DNA of 64,000 nt from an uncultured Chloroflexia bacterium (GTDB taxonomy: Bacteria; Chloroflexota; Limnocylindria; Limnocylindrales; CSP1-4). The notes below the pieces were generated by a model. That model did no database searches. It worked only from the letters and a program-made list of their open reading frames with translations, and was not told where the DNA came from. The position numbers were made by a program, and so were the translations under genes. The stretch is from contig CAVRAX010000001.1 in the NCBI GenBank assembly GCA_963719145.1, forward strand, positions 71,544-135,543. Reading direction: 5' to 3'. The first letter of the stretch is position 1; every line of letters begins with the position of its first letter. Positions 63,244-64,000 of this stretch are shown here, one piece after another.

Positions 63244-64000
63244 ATGGCTGTCACGGGCGCGATCACATATGCGCTCGTGAGCCTGCTCACCCTGGACCGC
63301 GTCCCATTGGTCTGGATGGATGAGCCCTGGTACACCCAGCCCGCGTGGTCGTTCGCGACGAATGGGACCTTCGCAGAACCCATGTTCCCGGGACTCCACG
63401 GGCTTGACATCAGCAACGTGGCATACGGCCGGATCTATCTCGTCGCTGTGGCGGCGGTCTTCAAGATCCTGGCAGTCGGTCCATTTCAGGCTCGCTTGAT
63501 CTCCCTCATAGCCGGCCTGGCTGTGATCGGGTTCACCTACCTCATCGGGCGGCGCCTTTGGAATGCGACGGCGGGGGCAATCGCGGCAGTCGTTCTGGCG
63601 GTGTCGCCTGTCTTCGTGTTCCAGACGCATGACGCGCGACCCGAGATGCTACAGCTCGCGTTCACGATCGCCGGGCTGTGGGCCGTGCTCAGATCAGAGG
63701 ATGGCCATCGGGCGCGGTGGTTGTTCGGGGCGGGACTCCTCTCCGCCCTCGCAGCCGACATTCACGTCAATGGCGTGATCGCGCCGTTGGTCCTCGGAGC
63801 GTTCCTTCTGATCCGCGTCGGCCGCCCGCTCCTTGGGCGGCCCCTGGCGGCCTGCGTTGCAGGACTCTCGGCGGGCGCGATGTGGTGGTTGGCGGTCCAC
63901 GTCCTCCCGAACCCAGGGCTCTTCGGCGACCAGTGGAGCAACTACTGGGCGCCCAAGCCGCCATTGCTCGGGGTCGCCGGCGCACCGTTCGCCCCGTTTC
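63244..64000 (+). CDS. GT-C membrane glycosyltransferase of the PMT/ArnT-like (GT39/GT83) type, partial (runs off window end)
   Basis: MAVTGAITYALVSLLTLDRVPLVWMDEPWY... contains a DE motif in the first loop and multiple TM segments. It is missing from the ORF track because it is incomplete. Confidence 0.6.
   Translation, partial: MAVTGAITYALVSLLTLDRVPLVWMDEPWYTQPAWSFATNGTFAEPMFPGLHGLDISNVAYGRIYLVAVAAVFKILAVGPFQARLISLIAGLAVIGFTYLIGRRLWNATAGAIAAVVLAVSPVFVFQTHDARPEMLQLAFTIAGLWAVLRSEDGHRARWLFGAGLLSALAADIHVNGVIAPLVLGAFLLIRVGRPLLGRPLAACVAGLSAGAMWWLAVHVLPNPGLFGDQWSNYWAPKPPLLGVAGAPFAPF

Overview
This is a very GC-rich (~70%) 64 kb window, most consistent with an actinobacterial or related high-GC Gram-positive genome. 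The SOS operator type (CGAAC-N4-GTTCG), the IS481-family element and the glycosyltransferase content fit that call. I annotated in four blocks. (1) 1-13.5 kb is an accessory/metabolic block. It holds a partial secreted ExeM/NucH-type nuclease with two lamin-tail domains, hutU, a lipoprotein, a GNAT and hutH. It also holds a DedA protein, an MFS transporter, and a folate one-carbon operon (formimidoyl-THF cyclodeaminase-folD-fhs, with 4-nt overlaps) that fits a folate-dependent histidine degradation module. (2) 13.6-19.3 kb is an SOS/replication block. It holds a small ORF behind tandem LexA boxes, dinB, rplI translationally coupled to a DUF1232 membrane protein gene, lexA with its own SOS-box promoter, a small downstream ORF, and dnaB (no intein). 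(3) 19.3-30.7 kb holds a lipoprotein, a zinc-ribbon protein and a dodecin. It also holds a ~1080 aa MalT-like STAND ATPase carrying a C-terminal SARP (wHTH+BTAD) DNA-binding module. An IS481-family element with 6-bp TCTAGA target duplications sits exactly at that gene's stop codon. Next come a low-GC leader with a displaced terminator and two tiny ORFs, an HD-GYP phosphodiesterase and a DUF5317-MFS fusion. (4) 30.8-64 kb holds pcm, a PIG-L deacetylase, then a large envelope-glycan locus. The locus has 8-9 paralogous GT-C (DUF2029/GT87-like, PMT/ArnT-like) membrane glycosyltransferases, two Dpm1-like GT2 enzymes, Udg and an epimerase. It also has four GT4s, a FemAB-like GNAT, a WbaP-like initiating transferase, a bi-domain oxidoreductase and a Wzx flippase. 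A methyltransferase and a heparinase II/III-like protein complete it. Three genes in this locus carry frameshifts: a GT87 copy, a Wzy-like ligase with a TPR tail, and asnB. Several intergenic tandem repeats are also present. Many long ORFs in the supplied track are GC-driven artefacts lying opposite real genes. Coordinates come from the ORF track where possible; starts I refined by eye may be off by 1-3 nt.
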